In this document: piece by piece, positions 27,168 to 39,323 of the stretch
Numbering within the stretch: position 1 is the first letter of the stretch
Layout of the letters: the number at the start of each line of letters is the position of its first letter
Assembly (NCBI GenBank): GCA_965261735.1
Contig: OZ253470.1
Location: 4,640,001-4,704,000 of the forward strand
Length of the DNA stretch: 64,000 bases
Direction of reading: 5' to 3'
Source: Alphaproteobacteria bacterium
GTDB lineage: Bacteria; Pseudomonadota; Alphaproteobacteria; SHVV01
Notes under the pieces: generated by a model
Told to the model about the DNA's origin: nothing
Database searches by the model: none
What the model saw: only the letters and a program-made list of their open reading frames with translations
Position numbers and translations under genes: made by a program

Positions 27168-28809
27168 AGAGGCGCTTCTTGAACGGCTCCTCGCCTATTC
27201 TCCGGTAGGTCGCCAGGAAGGGCTCGTCCTCGAGCCGGTTGTCGATGAAGACACTCAGCATGGTCTCGACCGCGTCGACGATCTCATCCTTTGAGAAGGC
27301 CGGCCCGACGATCTTGCCGATCGAGGCGTCGTCCTTCGGCGACCCCCCGAGCGTGACCTGGTAGTACTCCTCGCCGTTCTTGTCGAGCCCGAGAATGCCG
27401 ACATTCCCGGTATGGTGGTGGGCACACGAGTTGATGCAGCCCGACATGTTGACGGTGAACTCACCGAGATCGTGCAGGTAGTCGACATCGTCGAAGCGGC
27501 TGCCGATGCGCTTGGCGATAGGGATCGAGCGCGCCGTGGCGAGGCCGCAATAGTCGAGGCCGGGGCAGCAGATGATATCGGTCAGCGTACCGATATTGGC
27601 GGTCGCGCAGCCGATGCGGTCGAGCGCGCGCCACAATTCGTGGAGCTCGGCGTTGGGCACGTCGGCTAGCACCAGGTTTTGGTCGTAGGCGACGCGGACC
27701 TGGCCGAAGCTATAGCGGTCGGCGATATCGGCAATGGCGTCCAACTGCGAGTCGGTGGCATCGCCCGGCGGCGCGCCCGGCGCTTTCAGAGACACGTAGA
27801 CGGCGCTGTAGCCGGGCACCTTGTGCGCCACGATGTTGCTGCGGAACCAGCGCGCGAAGGCCGCGTCCGTCGCGCGCGCCTCGTCGAGGGCCGGCTCGTT
27901 GGCCGGCAGCACCACATAACGAGGCGGCGCGAAGTGCGCCCGCAGGCGCGCGATCTCGGAATCGTCGAGCTGCAGGTTGCCTTCCCTGATCGCCTCCCAC
28001 TCGGCCTCGACGCGCTCGCGAAAGGCTTCGATGCCGAGGCTGTGCACCAGGATTTTGATACGAGCCTTGAACAGATTGTCGCGCCGGCCCTCGAGGTTGT
28101 AGATGCGCAGGATCGCCTCGAGGTAGGACAGCAGGTCGCGCTTGGGCAGGAAGTCGTGGATCACCTTGCCGATCATGGGTGTCCGGCCCATCCCGCCGCC
28201 CACAAGAACCTCGAATCCGACCTCGCCGGCGTCGTCGCGCACGAGGCGGAGCCCGATGTCGTGCAGCCTTACCGCGGCACGGTCATGCGCGGCACCCGTA
28301 ACCGCGATCTTGAACTTGCGCGGCAGGAACAGGAATTCGGGGTGGAAGGTCGACCACTGGCGAATGATCTCGCAGTAGGGCCTCGGATCCTCGATCTCGT
28401 CGGCGGCGACGCCGGCGAGCACGTCGGCCGTCACGTTGCGAATGCAGTTGCCGCTCGTCTGAATGGCGTGCATCTCGACATCCGCGAGGAGCTGAAGAAT
28501 GTCCGGCACGTCGTCCAGAGCCGGCCAGTTGAACTGGATGTTCTGGCGCGTGGTGAAGTGGCCGTAGCCCTTGTCATAGGTGCGGGCGATGTGGGCGAGT
28601 TGGCGCACCTGGCGCGACGACAGCAATCCGTAGGGGATCGCGACGCGCAGCATGTAGGCGTGGAGCTGGAGGTAGAGGCCGTTGCGCAGCCGGAGAGGCT
28701 TGAACTCGTCCTCGCTCAGCTCCCCGGCGAGGCGCCGGCGGACCTGATCGCGGAATTGCTCAACGCGATCGTTGACGACCGCGCGGTCGAGCTCGTCATA
28801 CTTGTACAT
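27154..28809 (-). CDS. cysI: Nitrite/sulfite reductase hemoprotein
   Basis: Starts MYKYDE; RLRNGLYLQLHAYMLR, TTRQNIQ, LPRKFKIA, CCPGLDYC, SGCINSC. Confidence 0.9.
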   Translation of the reverse strand: MYKYDELDRAVVNDRVEQFRDQVRRRLAGELSEDEFKPLRLRNGLYLQLHAYMLRVAIPYGLLSSRQVRQLAHIARTYDKGYGHFTTRQNIQFNWPALDDVPDILQLLADVEMHAIQTSGNCIRNVTADVLAGVAADEIEDPRPYCEIIRQWSTFHPEFLFLPRKFKIAVTGAAHDRAAVRLHDIGLRLVRDDAGEVGFEVLVGGGMGRTPMIGKVIHDFLPKRDLLSYLEAILRIYNLEGRRDNLFKARIKILVHSLGIEAFRERVEAEWEAIREGNLQLDDSEIARLRAHFAPPRYVVLPANEPALDEARATDAAFARWFRSNIVAHKVPGYSAVYVSLKAPGAPPGDATDSQLDAIADIADRYSFGQVRVAYDQNLVLADVPNAELHELWRALDRIGCATANIGTLTDIICCPGLDYCGLATARSIPIAKRIGSRFDDVDYLHDLGEFTVNMSGCINSCAHHHTGNVGILGLDKNGEEYYQVTLGGSPKDDASIGKIVGPAFSKDEIVDAVETMLSVFIDNRLEDEPFLATYRRIGEEPFKKRLYAHH

Positions 28810-29107
28810 GCCAGGTTCCGCGCCCCAAATCGCCGACTGTGGGCCCGATGGCCCGGATCTTCTCCCGTAGCGCCACCGCTTCGGTACCGGCCTGGCCGAC
28901 AACGACGTCGATCGCGTAGGGCTCGATGACGATCGCGCGGCCGGCGTCCGCCGCGGCAAGCGTCGTAAGCGCCGCGAGGGCTCCTGCGTCAGCCGTGGCG
29001 CTTGCCTCGGCGATCGATTCGGTCCACGAACGCTCATCGGCGTTGCGGCGCAAGTAAACAGGTACGCCGTCGCGGATGCGGTTGGCGGTAATGACTCTCT
29101 CGCTCAT
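28796..29107 (-). CDS. DUF2849 family protein
   Basis: VITANRIRDG.PVYL...PY...LREKIRAIGPTV, between cysG and cysI. Confidence 0.82.
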   Translation of the reverse strand: MSERVITANRIRDGVPVYLRRNADERSWTESIAEASATADAGALAALTTLAAADAGRAIVIEPYAIDVVVGQAGTEAVALREKIRAIGPTVGDLGRGTWHVQV

Positions 29108-29126
29108 TCTTGCTCTCCCTGCCGCA

Positions 29127-30551
29127 TCAACCGGCCGCGCCCGCGGCCGGTATTGGCTCTGCGGTGCTGAAGTGCCGTGCTGACGCGGCGTCGTGCAGGG
29201 CGACGACCTCGCCGATGATGAGAATTGCCGGCCCGCCCAATTCGGCCTCGCGTGCCGAGGCGCCGAGGTCTTCCAGTGTCGTGACCACGACCTGCTGCTG
29301 CGGCAGCGTGCCGTTGTCGATGATGGCGGCGGGGGTTCGCGGGTCGCGGCCGTGGCCGATCAGTTGGCGGGCGAGGGGCCCGATCGACGACAGCCCCATA
29401 TAGACGACCACCGTCTGGCCGGCCCTTGCCAGCGTCGGCCAGTCGAGGTCGAGGGCGCCGCCCTTGCCGTGGCCGCAGACGAAGACGCAGCTGTGCGCAT
29501 GGTCGCGGTGGGTGAGTGGAATGCCTGCGTAAGCGGCGCACCCGAGAGCGGCCGTGATGCCGGGAACGACCTCGGCCTCGATCCCGGCTGACGCCAGCGC
29601 CGCGATCTCTTCGCCGCCGCGCCCGAAAATAAACGGATCTCCGCCCTTGAGCCGGACGACCCTTTTGCCGGCGCGCGCCAGCGATACCAGGAGCGCATCG
29701 ATGTCGGCTTGGGCTGTCGCTGCGTCGCCCTTCGTCTTGCCCACGTCAATGCGCTCGGCGTCGCGGCGCGCATAGTCGAGGACGCGATCGCCGACGAGCC
29801 GGTCGAAAACCAGGACGTCCGCCGCCTGCACCAGCCGAAGCGCGCGCAACGTCAAGAGTTCGGGATCGCCGGGGCCGGCGCCGACAATGGCCACTCGGCC
29901 GGCGATGTCGTGGGGTGGCAGGGGCGCATTGAGCAGCGCAATCATCCGCTCGCGCGCCTTGGCGCCATCGCCACTGAGCGCCGCATCCGCGACCGTACCC
30001 TCGAGCGCGCGCCGCCAAAAGCGGCGCCGTGCTGCCGCCTCCGGGATGAGTGCCTTGACCGCGCCACGGAACGATGCGGCCAACGAAGCGAGGCCGCCAT
30101 AGGCCGCGGGCACGAGCCCTTCGATGCGGGTTTTGAGCAGCCGGGTCAGGGCCGGCGCGGCGCCACCGCTCGAAACCGCGATGACCACGGGCGAGCGGTC
30201 GATGATCGCCGGCATGATGAAACTGCTGGCTTGGGCGTCGTCGACCACGTTGACGGCGATGTCGCGCGCGGCCGCGGCCCGGGCAACGGCGCGGTCGCGG
30301 CGGGCATTGCCGGTCGCGGCGATCACGAGGCTCGCCCCGTCCAGGTCCTCGGCGCGGAATTGCCGCGCGAGGTGTAGGACCTCACCCTTGTCGAGTGTGC
30401 GCGCAAGCTCCGGGCATAGCGTCTCGGCGAGCACCGTGACGCGGGCGCCCGCGCTTCGCAGGAGGGCGACCTTCGCGGCCGCCTGCACGCCGCCGCCAAC
30501 GACGAGGCAGCCGCGGCCCTTGAGGTCGATGAATATGGGCAGATAGTCCAC
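29127..30551 (-). CDS. cysG: Siroheme synthase
   Basis: MDYLPIFIDL...VVGGG dehydrogenase/chelatase domain plus VGAGPGDPELLT...RLKGGDPFIFGRGGEE methyltransferase domain. Confidence 0.93.
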   Translation of the reverse strand: MDYLPIFIDLKGRGCLVVGGGVQAAAKVALLRSAGARVTVLAETLCPELARTLDKGEVLHLARQFRAEDLDGASLVIAATGNARRDRAVARAAAARDIAVNVVDDAQASSFIMPAIIDRSPVVIAVSSGGAAPALTRLLKTRIEGLVPAAYGGLASLAASFRGAVKALIPEAAARRRFWRRALEGTVADAALSGDGAKARERMIALLNAPLPPHDIAGRVAIVGAGPGDPELLTLRALRLVQAADVLVFDRLVGDRVLDYARRDAERIDVGKTKGDAATAQADIDALLVSLARAGKRVVRLKGGDPFIFGRGGEEIAALASAGIEAEVVPGITAALGCAAYAGIPLTHRDHAHSCVFVCGHGKGGALDLDWPTLARAGQTVVVYMGLSSIGPLARQLIGHGRDPRTPAAIIDNGTLPQQQVVVTTLEDLGASAREAELGGPAILIIGEVVALHDAASARHFSTAEPIPAAGAAG

Positions 30552-30623
30552 GGCACTAACCGATTTTCCCTCGCCCGCCGAACTATAGGACAGGCATACG
30601 ATGTACTTTTCTGACCGACATCG

Positions 30624-30651
30624 ATTGTACGCCCTGATGCGGCCATGTCAA
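30624..30651 (-). promoter_or_regulatory. Sigma70-type promoter of the cysG operon
   Basis: Minus-strand TTGACA-16 nt-TACAAT, about 70 bp upstream of cysG, preceded by an AT-rich tract (30670-30711). Confidence 0.6.
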
Positions 30652-30758
30652 ACATGCTCTGCACGAAGATTTGTAGAAATACTAAAAATTACTAGAATAG
30701 TATGTAATTTATGCGTGGCGACGCTTCACACCGGAGCGCGCAGGGGCGGGGCCGCGCT

Positions 30759-31500
30759 TTAGCGCAGATTGCGTTGGGTGATGGTCCGGGCCGTAATTCC
30801 TGGTTTCAGCCGGTTGTCCGGCCCGTAATCGTCGCGGCTGTGAAAGAACAGCGGCTCGGTCGACTCCAGCGTCGTCAACCGCTCACGATAGGCGGCGAGG
30901 TGGCGACGCTGCGTCGCCTCCTCGCCGAACGTGCCGGCCCAGGCGACGAAGGGGCGCCGCACCTCCATGCCGATGTAATACAGGCAACCATTGTGAATGG
31001 GCCACAGGTTGACGAGCACGTCGCCATGGAACCCGTCGCCCCTCATGTCGGTCTCGGCCGCACCCATGGTCACCGCCAGCATCGCCCGTTTGCCGACCAG
31101 GTAGCCGCGGTCGTAGAAGTGCTCATGGTCATAGATGGCGCCGACGGCGTAAGTGCGGTCGATCCAGCCCTTGAGGATGGCGGGCACGGAGAACCACCAC
31201 AGCGGGAACTGCATGATGAGCATGTCGCACGCACGGAGCTTGTCGATCTCGCCTTTGACGTTGCGGGCGAAGCCCGCATTCTTTGCCGCAAAGCTCTGCT
31301 CCCTGCCGTAGCGGAAGGCATCCGCGTCGCGCTCGGTCGTGAAGTCCTGCCGGCTGTGAACGGCCTCGAAGTTCATCGCGTGGAGGTCGGACAGGACCAC
31401 CTCGTGGCCCTGCTCGGCCAGGACCTCGAGCGCGAGATCGCGCAGTTTTGCGTTGAAGCTCTTGGGCTCGGGGGTGGGCATAGACGTAGAGCACGTTCAT
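30759..31500 (-). pseudogene. NAD(P)H:quinone oxidoreductase (flavodoxin_2 fold), +1 frameshift in a C5 run at 31470-31474
   Basis: MNVLYVYAHP / EPKSFN is split by one extra C. The body has QFPLWWFSVPAILKGWIDR. May be a sequencing indel. Confidence 0.8.
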
Positions 31501-31585
31501 CCGGCGCTCCTTGTTGGACCGCGTGGCGCGCGGTCGGGGCCATCGCCTGCGAATAGGAAGGCCGCACCGGAGCGCGGCGGGTCGC

Positions 31586-31864
31586 TCAATGAAGTGTCAG
31601 ATGGTGGGACGCTACCCTCAGACGGTCCGTCTTGGCCAGCGCGCTCGTTCCGACCTGGACCGAATGAATTCGGCCGTCGAGATTCTCTTCCCAGAACGTC
31701 AGGAACCGTTTCAGGCCGGGATAGTCGGGCGCGAGATCGATCTGCTGCCAAGTATAGCTTTGCAGTAGGGCCGGGTAGTCGGGCATGAAGTAGAGGATCT
31801 CGGCCGTCGTCAATCGGTACCGGAAGTACTGGCCGACGGGGCGAGTCGCCGCAACACGCTGCAT
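31586..31864 (-). CDS. usg: Usg family protein
   Basis: YRLTTAEILY.MPD.P.LLQSY.WQ..DLAPDYP.L..FL.FW...LDG.IHSV; divergent from groES. Confidence 0.85.
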   Translation of the reverse strand: MQRVAATRPVGQYFRYRLTTAEILYFMPDYPALLQSYTWQQIDLAPDYPGLKRFLTFWEENLDGRIHSVQVGTSALAKTDRLRVASHHLTLH

Positions 31865-31996
31865 GAGCCACCACTCTACACGCGCCGAGACTCACCTTCG
31901 ACGCCACGGGAATATGACACTGCGACGCCAAAAAGTCAAGAGAATCAAATGATTAGCAGCAAACCCTCGGATTGGCTAGTAAAATGAAAATGACCT

Positions 31997-32026
31997 CTTG
32001 ACACCCACGGCCAGTGGGCCAGTATC
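31997..32026 (+). promoter_or_regulatory. groESL promoter (RpoH/RpoD-like)
   Basis: CTTGACA...CCAGTATC immediately upstream of CIRCE. Confidence 0.5.
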
Positions 32027-32035
32027 GGGCATTGA

Positions 32036-32062
32036 TTGGCACTCATTGAGTGAGAGTGCTAA
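32036..32062 (+). promoter_or_regulatory. CIRCE element (HrcA operator)
   Basis: TTGGCACTC-N9-GAGTGCTAA. Confidence 0.92.
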
Positions 32063-32100
32063 CAACCAATGCCACTCTTCGCATGGAGGAGATCGCTGCG

Positions 32101-34073
<1,973 letters not shown>

Positions 34074-34087
34074 TTCGGGCAACCGTT

Positions 34088-34128
34088 CGGCGATGCCAGG
34101 CCGCGGCGCGCGCGGCTCGGCATCGCCG
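34088..34128 (+). other. Long GC-rich hairpin downstream of groEL (no U-tract)
   Basis: CGGCGATGCC...GGCATCGCCG arms, with inner GCCGCG/CGCGGC pairing. Confidence 0.5.
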
Positions 34129-34214
34129 GCAGCGGCCACGGCGGCCGCGGGCACGAACTACCGGAGGGGCGGCGCGCAGAACGCCGCAGGGAAGCAGACC
34201 GAGGGCAGCTCGCC

Positions 34215-35159
34215 ATGGATGTACTGATCGATGTCGCGGGCCTGACCAAGCGCTTCGGCCCGCTCACGGCCGTCGACGACGTTACCTTCACCGTCGCGCG
34301 CGGCGAGGTGCTCGGCTTTCTCGGGCCGAATGGAGCCGGGAAATCGACGACCATGAAGATGATCACGGGCTTCTTGCCACCGAGCGCCGGCAAGGTGGCC
34401 GTGTGCGGCCTGGACGTCGCGGCCCAACCCATCCAGGTCAAGCGCCGCATCGGCTACTTGCCCGAGGGCGCCCCCCTCTATGGCGACATGACGCCGCGCG
34501 ACCTCCTCGGTTTCCTCGCCGAGGTCAGGGGCTATGGCGGCCAGGAGCGGCGCCGCCGCGTCGACGAGGCCGTCGCCAAGCTCAATATCGAGGGCGTGCT
34601 GTATCAGCCGATCGAGACACTCTCGAAGGGCTACAAGCGCCGCGTCGGTCTCGCTCAGGCACTGCTGCACGATCCCGACGTCCTGATTCTCGATGAACCC
34701 ACCGACGGACTCGACCCCAACCAGAAGCACGAGGTGAGGACGCTGCTCGCCGAGATGGCCGGCGACAAGGCGATCATCATCTCGACCCATATTCTCGAGG
34801 AGGTCGACGCAGTGTGTAGCCGCGCGATCATCATCGCCCGCGGTCGTATCGTCGTCGACGAGACGCCGGCCGAGCTGCGCGCCCGCTCGGACTATCACCA
34901 CGCGGTCAGGGTCGTGCTCAAGAGCGAGCAAGCGCCCGGCGCGCAACAGGAGCTGGAGCGTCTTGGCTCGGTGGGGCGTGTCGAGGCCGATAGCCAGCTC
35001 GACGGCCGCACGGCGCTTCTCGCCCTATCGGAAGCGGGCCGGGACATTTCAGACGAGGTCAGGGCGACGTTGGCGAAAGCCTCGGTACCGTACGACGAAC
35101 TGCGCATCGAATCGGGCCATCTCGACGATGTCTTCCGCCGCATAACGTTGGCCGGCTGA
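34215..35159 (+). CDS. ABC transporter ATP-binding protein (GldA-like)
   Basis: GPNGAGKST, LSKGYKRR, ILDEPT, ISTH. Confidence 0.9.
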   Translation: MDVLIDVAGLTKRFGPLTAVDDVTFTVARGEVLGFLGPNGAGKSTTMKMITGFLPPSAGKVAVCGLDVAAQPIQVKRRIGYLPEGAPLYGDMTPRDLLGFLAEVRGYGGQERRRRVDEAVAKLNIEGVLYQPIETLSKGYKRRVGLAQALLHDPDVLILDEPTDGLDPNQKHEVRTLLAEMAGDKAIIISTHILEEVDAVCSRAIIIARGRIVVDETPAELRARSDYHHAVRVVLKSEQAPGAQQELERLGSVGRVEADSQLDGRTALLALSEAGRDISDEVRATLAKASVPYDELRIESGHLDDVFRRITLAG

Positions 35160-35173
35160 CAACGGTGCTCGGA

Positions 35174-35908
35174 ATGGCACAGACATGGGTCATCGCCAAA
35201 CGTGAGCTGCGGAGCTACTTCTCGACCCCGCTCGCGTACGTCTTTATCGTCATCTTTCTCGCCGCGGTCGGCGCCTTCACCTTCTACATCGGCGCCTTCT
35301 TCGAGCGCGGGCAGGCCGATCTGACTCCGTTCTTCACGTTTCAGCCGTGGCTCTACCTGATCCTCATCCCCGCTATCGCCATGCGGATGTGGGCCGAGGA
35401 GCGCAAAACCGGGACCATCGAGCTCCTGATGACGCTGCCGGTGTCGACCTTCGAGGCCGTGCTCGGTAAGTTCCTCGCGGCCTGGTTCGTGACCGCCATC
35501 GCGCTCGCCATGACGTTCCCGATCTGGATCTCGGTCAACCTGCTCGGCGATCCCGACAACGGTCTCATCGTCGCGAGCTATCTCGGCAGCTGGTTGATGG
35601 CGGGGGCCATTCTTGCGGTTGCCGCCTGCGTGTCGGCGCTCAACAAGAACCAGGTCATCGCCTTCATCGTCGGGGCCGCGGTGTGCTTCCTGTTCCTGAT
35701 GAGCGGAGTCGACCTCGTGCTCGGCGCCTTTCGCGCCTGGGCGCCCGACTTCGTCATCGAGCTGATCGCGTCGTTGAGCTTCCTCACCCATTTCGTCGCC
35801 ATTACTCAGGGCGTCGTCGACGTTCGCGATGTTATCTACTTCGTTTCGCTGATGGTCGCCGCGGTCTACGTCAACACCGTGATCGTCGACCTCAAGAAAG
35901 CGGCTTGA
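35174..35908 (+). CDS. ABC-2 permease (GldF-like)
   Basis: RELRSYFSTPLAY, MRMWAEERKTGTIELL.TLP, VLGKFLA. Confidence 0.88.
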   Translation: MAQTWVIAKRELRSYFSTPLAYVFIVIFLAAVGAFTFYIGAFFERGQADLTPFFTFQPWLYLILIPAIAMRMWAEERKTGTIELLMTLPVSTFEAVLGKFLAAWFVTAIALAMTFPIWISVNLLGDPDNGLIVASYLGSWLMAGAILAVAACVSALNKNQVIAFIVGAAVCFLFLMSGVDLVLGAFRAWAPDFVIELIASLSFLTHFVAITQGVVDVRDVIYFVSLMVAAVYVNTVIVDLKKAA

Positions 35909-35911
35909 GAC

Positions 35912-37867
35912 ATGGCTGAGCGCGGCATGAATCTCGATCGCAGGGCCCTCGGCATCGGCACCATCGCGCTCGCCATCGTGCTGTTCCTGTCGGTCAACGT
36001 GTTCTCGACCGCGGTGTTTCGGACGGCGCAGCTCGATCTCACCGAGGAGGGGTTGTTCACGCTGTCGCCCGGAACCCACGAGATCCTGCAGTCGATCGAC
36101 GAGCCGATCACGCTTCGCCTCTACCTCTCCGAGCAGCTGCGTCAGGCCGACCCGACCTTTGCGCGCTACGCGACGCGGGTACAGGAGCTGCTCGAACAAT
36201 ACGAGCGCATCGCCGGCGGCCGGTTGATCCTCCAGCTCTTCAATCCCGAACCCTTCACGCAGGAGGAGGACCGCGCCGTGGGCTTCGGCCTGCGCGGCGT
36301 GCCGGTCAACGAGGTCGGTGATCTCGTTTATTTCGGTCTGGTCGGTACCAACAGCACCGACGACCAGGACGCGATCGTCTTTTTCTCACCGGAGCGCGAG
36401 CCTTTCCTCGAGTATGATCTCACGCGCCTCGTCTACAACCTGGCGAATCCGGAAAAGAAGGTGCTCGGCCTGCTCACGCCGCTGCCGCTGTCGGCCGATC
36501 CGGCCAAGCAGTACCAGCCGTGGGTCATCTATCAGCAGATGGAGCAGTTCTTCGACGTCCGTACGCTGGATTCCAAGCGACGCGAGATTCCGGAGGACGT
36601 GGACGTCTTGATGGTGGCCCAGCCCGGCGAGCTCCCCGGCGATACCCTCTACGCCATCGATCAGTACGTGATGCGCGGCGGCCGGACGCTGATCTTTGCC
36701 GATCCCCACTTCGAGGGCCAGCCCCGCGCCAACCCGATGATGCCGTCGCCGCCGTCGAACCATGGTCTCGACAAGCTGTTCGCCGGCTGGGGTATCGAGC
36801 AGCCGGCGAACCAAATCGTCGGCGACCGGCTGTCGGCGCTCAGGGTCACGGCCCAGGTCGGCAGCCGTAACGTGGTCGCCGACTATCTGCCGTGGCTGTC
36901 GCTGGGCCCGGAGCACTTCGCCGGGGACGATGTCGTGACCGGCCAGATCGCGCTCCTCAACATGATGAGCGCGGGCAGCTTCGATGAGGTCGATGGGAGC
37001 TCGAGCGGGCTCGCGCCGCTGGTCACCTCGAGCGTCGAATCCATGCGGGTCAACGCCGAAAAGGTGAGGTACGCCCCCAATCCGATCCGCCTGCTCGAGG
37101 AATTCAAATCGGGCGGCAAGAAACTCGTCCTGGCAGCCCGCCTCAACGGCACCCTGGCGAGCGCGTTCGTCGACGGTCCGCCGCCCACGGAAGCCAAGCA
37201 GGACGGGACCGAGGCCAAGCCGGCGGCGCAGGCGAGCGACTCCGATGCCACGGATAAGGCCGAAGAGGCGCCGCGCGCGCCCCACCTGGCCGCCGCCGAG
37301 GGTCCGACGCACGTCATCGTCGTCGGCGACGTCGACATGCTAACCGACCAAGCCTGGGTCAGGACGCAGGATTTTCTCGGCCAGCGGCTGTCGGTGCCGA
37401 TCGCCAGCAACGCGAGCTTCGTGCTCAATGCGCTCGATAATCTCGCTGGCGACAGCGCCGTTATCGGTCTTCGCAGCCGCGGGCTTTCGGTCCGCCCCTT
37501 CGAGCTCGTCGACAGCATCCGTCGCGAGGCCGAGCTCAAATTCAGGTCCAAGGAGCAGGAGCTCGAAGCCAAGCTGAGCGATGTCGAGAAGAAGATCAGC
37601 GACATCCAGACCGACGAGGAGGGCGGCGTCATTCTCACCGCCGAGCAGCGCGACGCGATCCAGGAGTTCCGCGCCGAAATGGTCGACATCCGGGGCCAGC
37701 TGCGCGACGTGCAGCACGCGCTGCGCAAGGACATCGAGGCCCTCGGCGCTTGGCTCCGGGTGATCAATATTGGTGCCATTCCGCTCCTGGTCGGGCTCAT
37801 CGCCATCGGTCTCGCCATCGTCCGCAGGGTTCGCTTCGGCCGCCACGTCCAGGCGCAGAGTGGTTGA
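35912..37867 (+). CDS. GldG-family ABC auxiliary protein
   Basis: DLTE..LFTLS, EYDLTR, YAIDQYVMRGG, N..FVLNALDNL, coiled coil and C-terminal TM segment. Confidence 0.85.
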   Translation: MAERGMNLDRRALGIGTIALAIVLFLSVNVFSTAVFRTAQLDLTEEGLFTLSPGTHEILQSIDEPITLRLYLSEQLRQADPTFARYATRVQELLEQYERIAGGRLILQLFNPEPFTQEEDRAVGFGLRGVPVNEVGDLVYFGLVGTNSTDDQDAIVFFSPEREPFLEYDLTRLVYNLANPEKKVLGLLTPLPLSADPAKQYQPWVIYQQMEQFFDVRTLDSKRREIPEDVDVLMVAQPGELPGDTLYAIDQYVMRGGRTLIFADPHFEGQPRANPMMPSPPSNHGLDKLFAGWGIEQPANQIVGDRLSALRVTAQVGSRNVVADYLPWLSLGPEHFAGDDVVTGQIALLNMMSAGSFDEVDGSSSGLAPLVTSSVESMRVNAEKVRYAPNPIRLLEEFKSGGKKLVLAARLNGTLASAFVDGPPPTEAKQDGTEAKPAAQASDSDATDKAEEAPRAPHLAAAEGPTHVIVVGDVDMLTDQAWVRTQDFLGQRLSVPIASNASFVLNALDNLAGDSAVIGLRSRGLSVRPFELVDSIRREAELKFRSKEQELEAKLSDVEKKISDIQTDEEGGVILTAEQRDAIQEFRAEMVDIRGQLRDVQHALRKDIEALGAWLRVINIGAIPLLVGLIAIGLAIVRRVRFGRHVQAQSG

Positions 37868-37897
37868 CAACGCTACCATCGGCAACGCCAGGTCTTG

Positions 37898-39019
37898 ATG
37901 ATGACACCGAGAAGCTTTTTCATTCTAACGGCGGTCACGGCCGTTGCCGTCCTCGCCGCCTCCGTCGCCGCGCTCGACAGGTCTCGGCCGGTCACCCTCG
38001 ATGCCGCCGGCGAATCACTGGTGCCGGGGCTCGACGCCAAGCTCGACCAGGTCGTGGCGGTCGAGGTCGCGGCCGGCGAGGAGAGGTTCACGGTAACCAA
38101 CACCGGGTCGGGATGGGCGCTCAAGGAGCGCGAGGACTACCCCGTCCCCGAGGACCGGGTTCGCGACCTGCTGGTCGGCCTCGCCGATCTCAAGCTCCTC
38201 GAGGCGAAGACCGCCCGCCCGGACCGGCACGCACGACTCGAACTCGAGAACCCGGCGGGCGAGGACGCGAAGTCGGTCGCGGTGACGCTGCGCAACGGGG
38301 CGGGCGATGCACTCGCCGGAACGGTCGTCGGCAAACGGCGCTACAGCGTGTATGCCGGTGGCAAGGGCGGCACCTACGTCCGCCGCGCGGACGAGACGCA
38401 AACTTGGCTCGCCGAGGGCGAGCTGAAGGTCGGCAAGACCCCGCGCGACTGGCTCGACCGGGAGGTGCTGCGGGTCGATGAAAAGCAAATCCAGCGCGTC
38501 GTCGTTCGCCAGCCCGACGGCACCGAGCTGACGGCCGGCAAGGAGACGCCGCTCGCTAACGACTTCGTCGTCGACGACATTCCCGAGGGGCGTAAGCTGA
38601 GCAGCGACACCGCCGGCAACCGCCTGCGCAACGCCTTCGCCTACGTTGACCTCGACGACGTTCGGCCAGCTGCCGGCCTCACCTTCCCCGAGCCGTACCA
38701 CCAGGCCCACATGACGACATTCGACGGCTTCGTCGTCACCGCCGAGATCGCGGAAATCGACGGCGAGAAATGGGCCCGCTTTACGGCCAGGGCTGAACCG
38801 ACGGGGGCCGCCGCGCAGCCGGCGGCTACCGAAGAGTCGGCCAAGGCCGAGGACGAGGGGACCGACGAAAGCAAGCCCCTGCCGCTGCCCGAGCGCGTCG
38901 CCGCGTTCAACAAGCGGACCGGGGGCTGGCTCTACCGCCTCGACGACTGGACGACCGAGACGATGAGCCTCGGCATGGAAGCCCTGCTCGAGCCGCTCGA
39001 GGGTAAGAAGGGTTCGTAA
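37898..39019 (+). CDS. DUF4340 family protein
   Basis: N-terminal TM segment, W...YP..., VGK...GTYVR, WLDR; fourth gene of the Gld-like operon. Confidence 0.75.
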   Translation: MMTPRSFFILTAVTAVAVLAASVAALDRSRPVTLDAAGESLVPGLDAKLDQVVAVEVAAGEERFTVTNTGSGWALKEREDYPVPEDRVRDLLVGLADLKLLEAKTARPDRHARLELENPAGEDAKSVAVTLRNGAGDALAGTVVGKRRYSVYAGGKGGTYVRRADETQTWLAEGELKVGKTPRDWLDREVLRVDEKQIQRVVVRQPDGTELTAGKETPLANDFVVDDIPEGRKLSSDTAGNRLRNAFAYVDLDDVRPAAGLTFPEPYHQAHMTTFDGFVVTAEIAEIDGEKWARFTARAEPTGAAAQPAATEESAKAEDEGTDESKPLPLPERVAAFNKRTGGWLYRLDDWTTETMSLGMEALLEPLEGKKGS

Positions 39020-39104
39020 CGAGCGGCACTCGCCGCGCTCACAGTCGTTCACCGCCGCGACACCGATTCACAGCTAGAGACGCCGCCTGCGCGACGTAGC
39101 GCCG

Positions 39105-39285
39105 TCTCGGGCTTCGTGCTAGGCTCGCTGGAGCCGAAGTGAGGGAAGCCGGTGGCGTCGTTCCGCGACCAGCCCGGCGCTGCCCCCGCAACTGTAAGTG
39201 GTGAGGTCTCGGCAACACAGCCACTGATGCTTTGGCATCGGGAAGGCGCCGGAACCGTTGACCCCGAGCCAGGAAACCTCGTCGG
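39105..39285 (+). ncRNA. Cobalamin (AdoCbl) riboswitch
   Basis: AGGGAAGCCGGTG...CCGGCGCTGCCCCCGCAACTGT...GCCACTG...GGGAAGG...GAGCCAGGAAACCT B12-box, upstream of the cob operon. Confidence 0.93.
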
Positions 39286-39323
39286 CCGCCGGTCCACAGG
39301 AACCTCGGTGGGAGGACGTGTCC

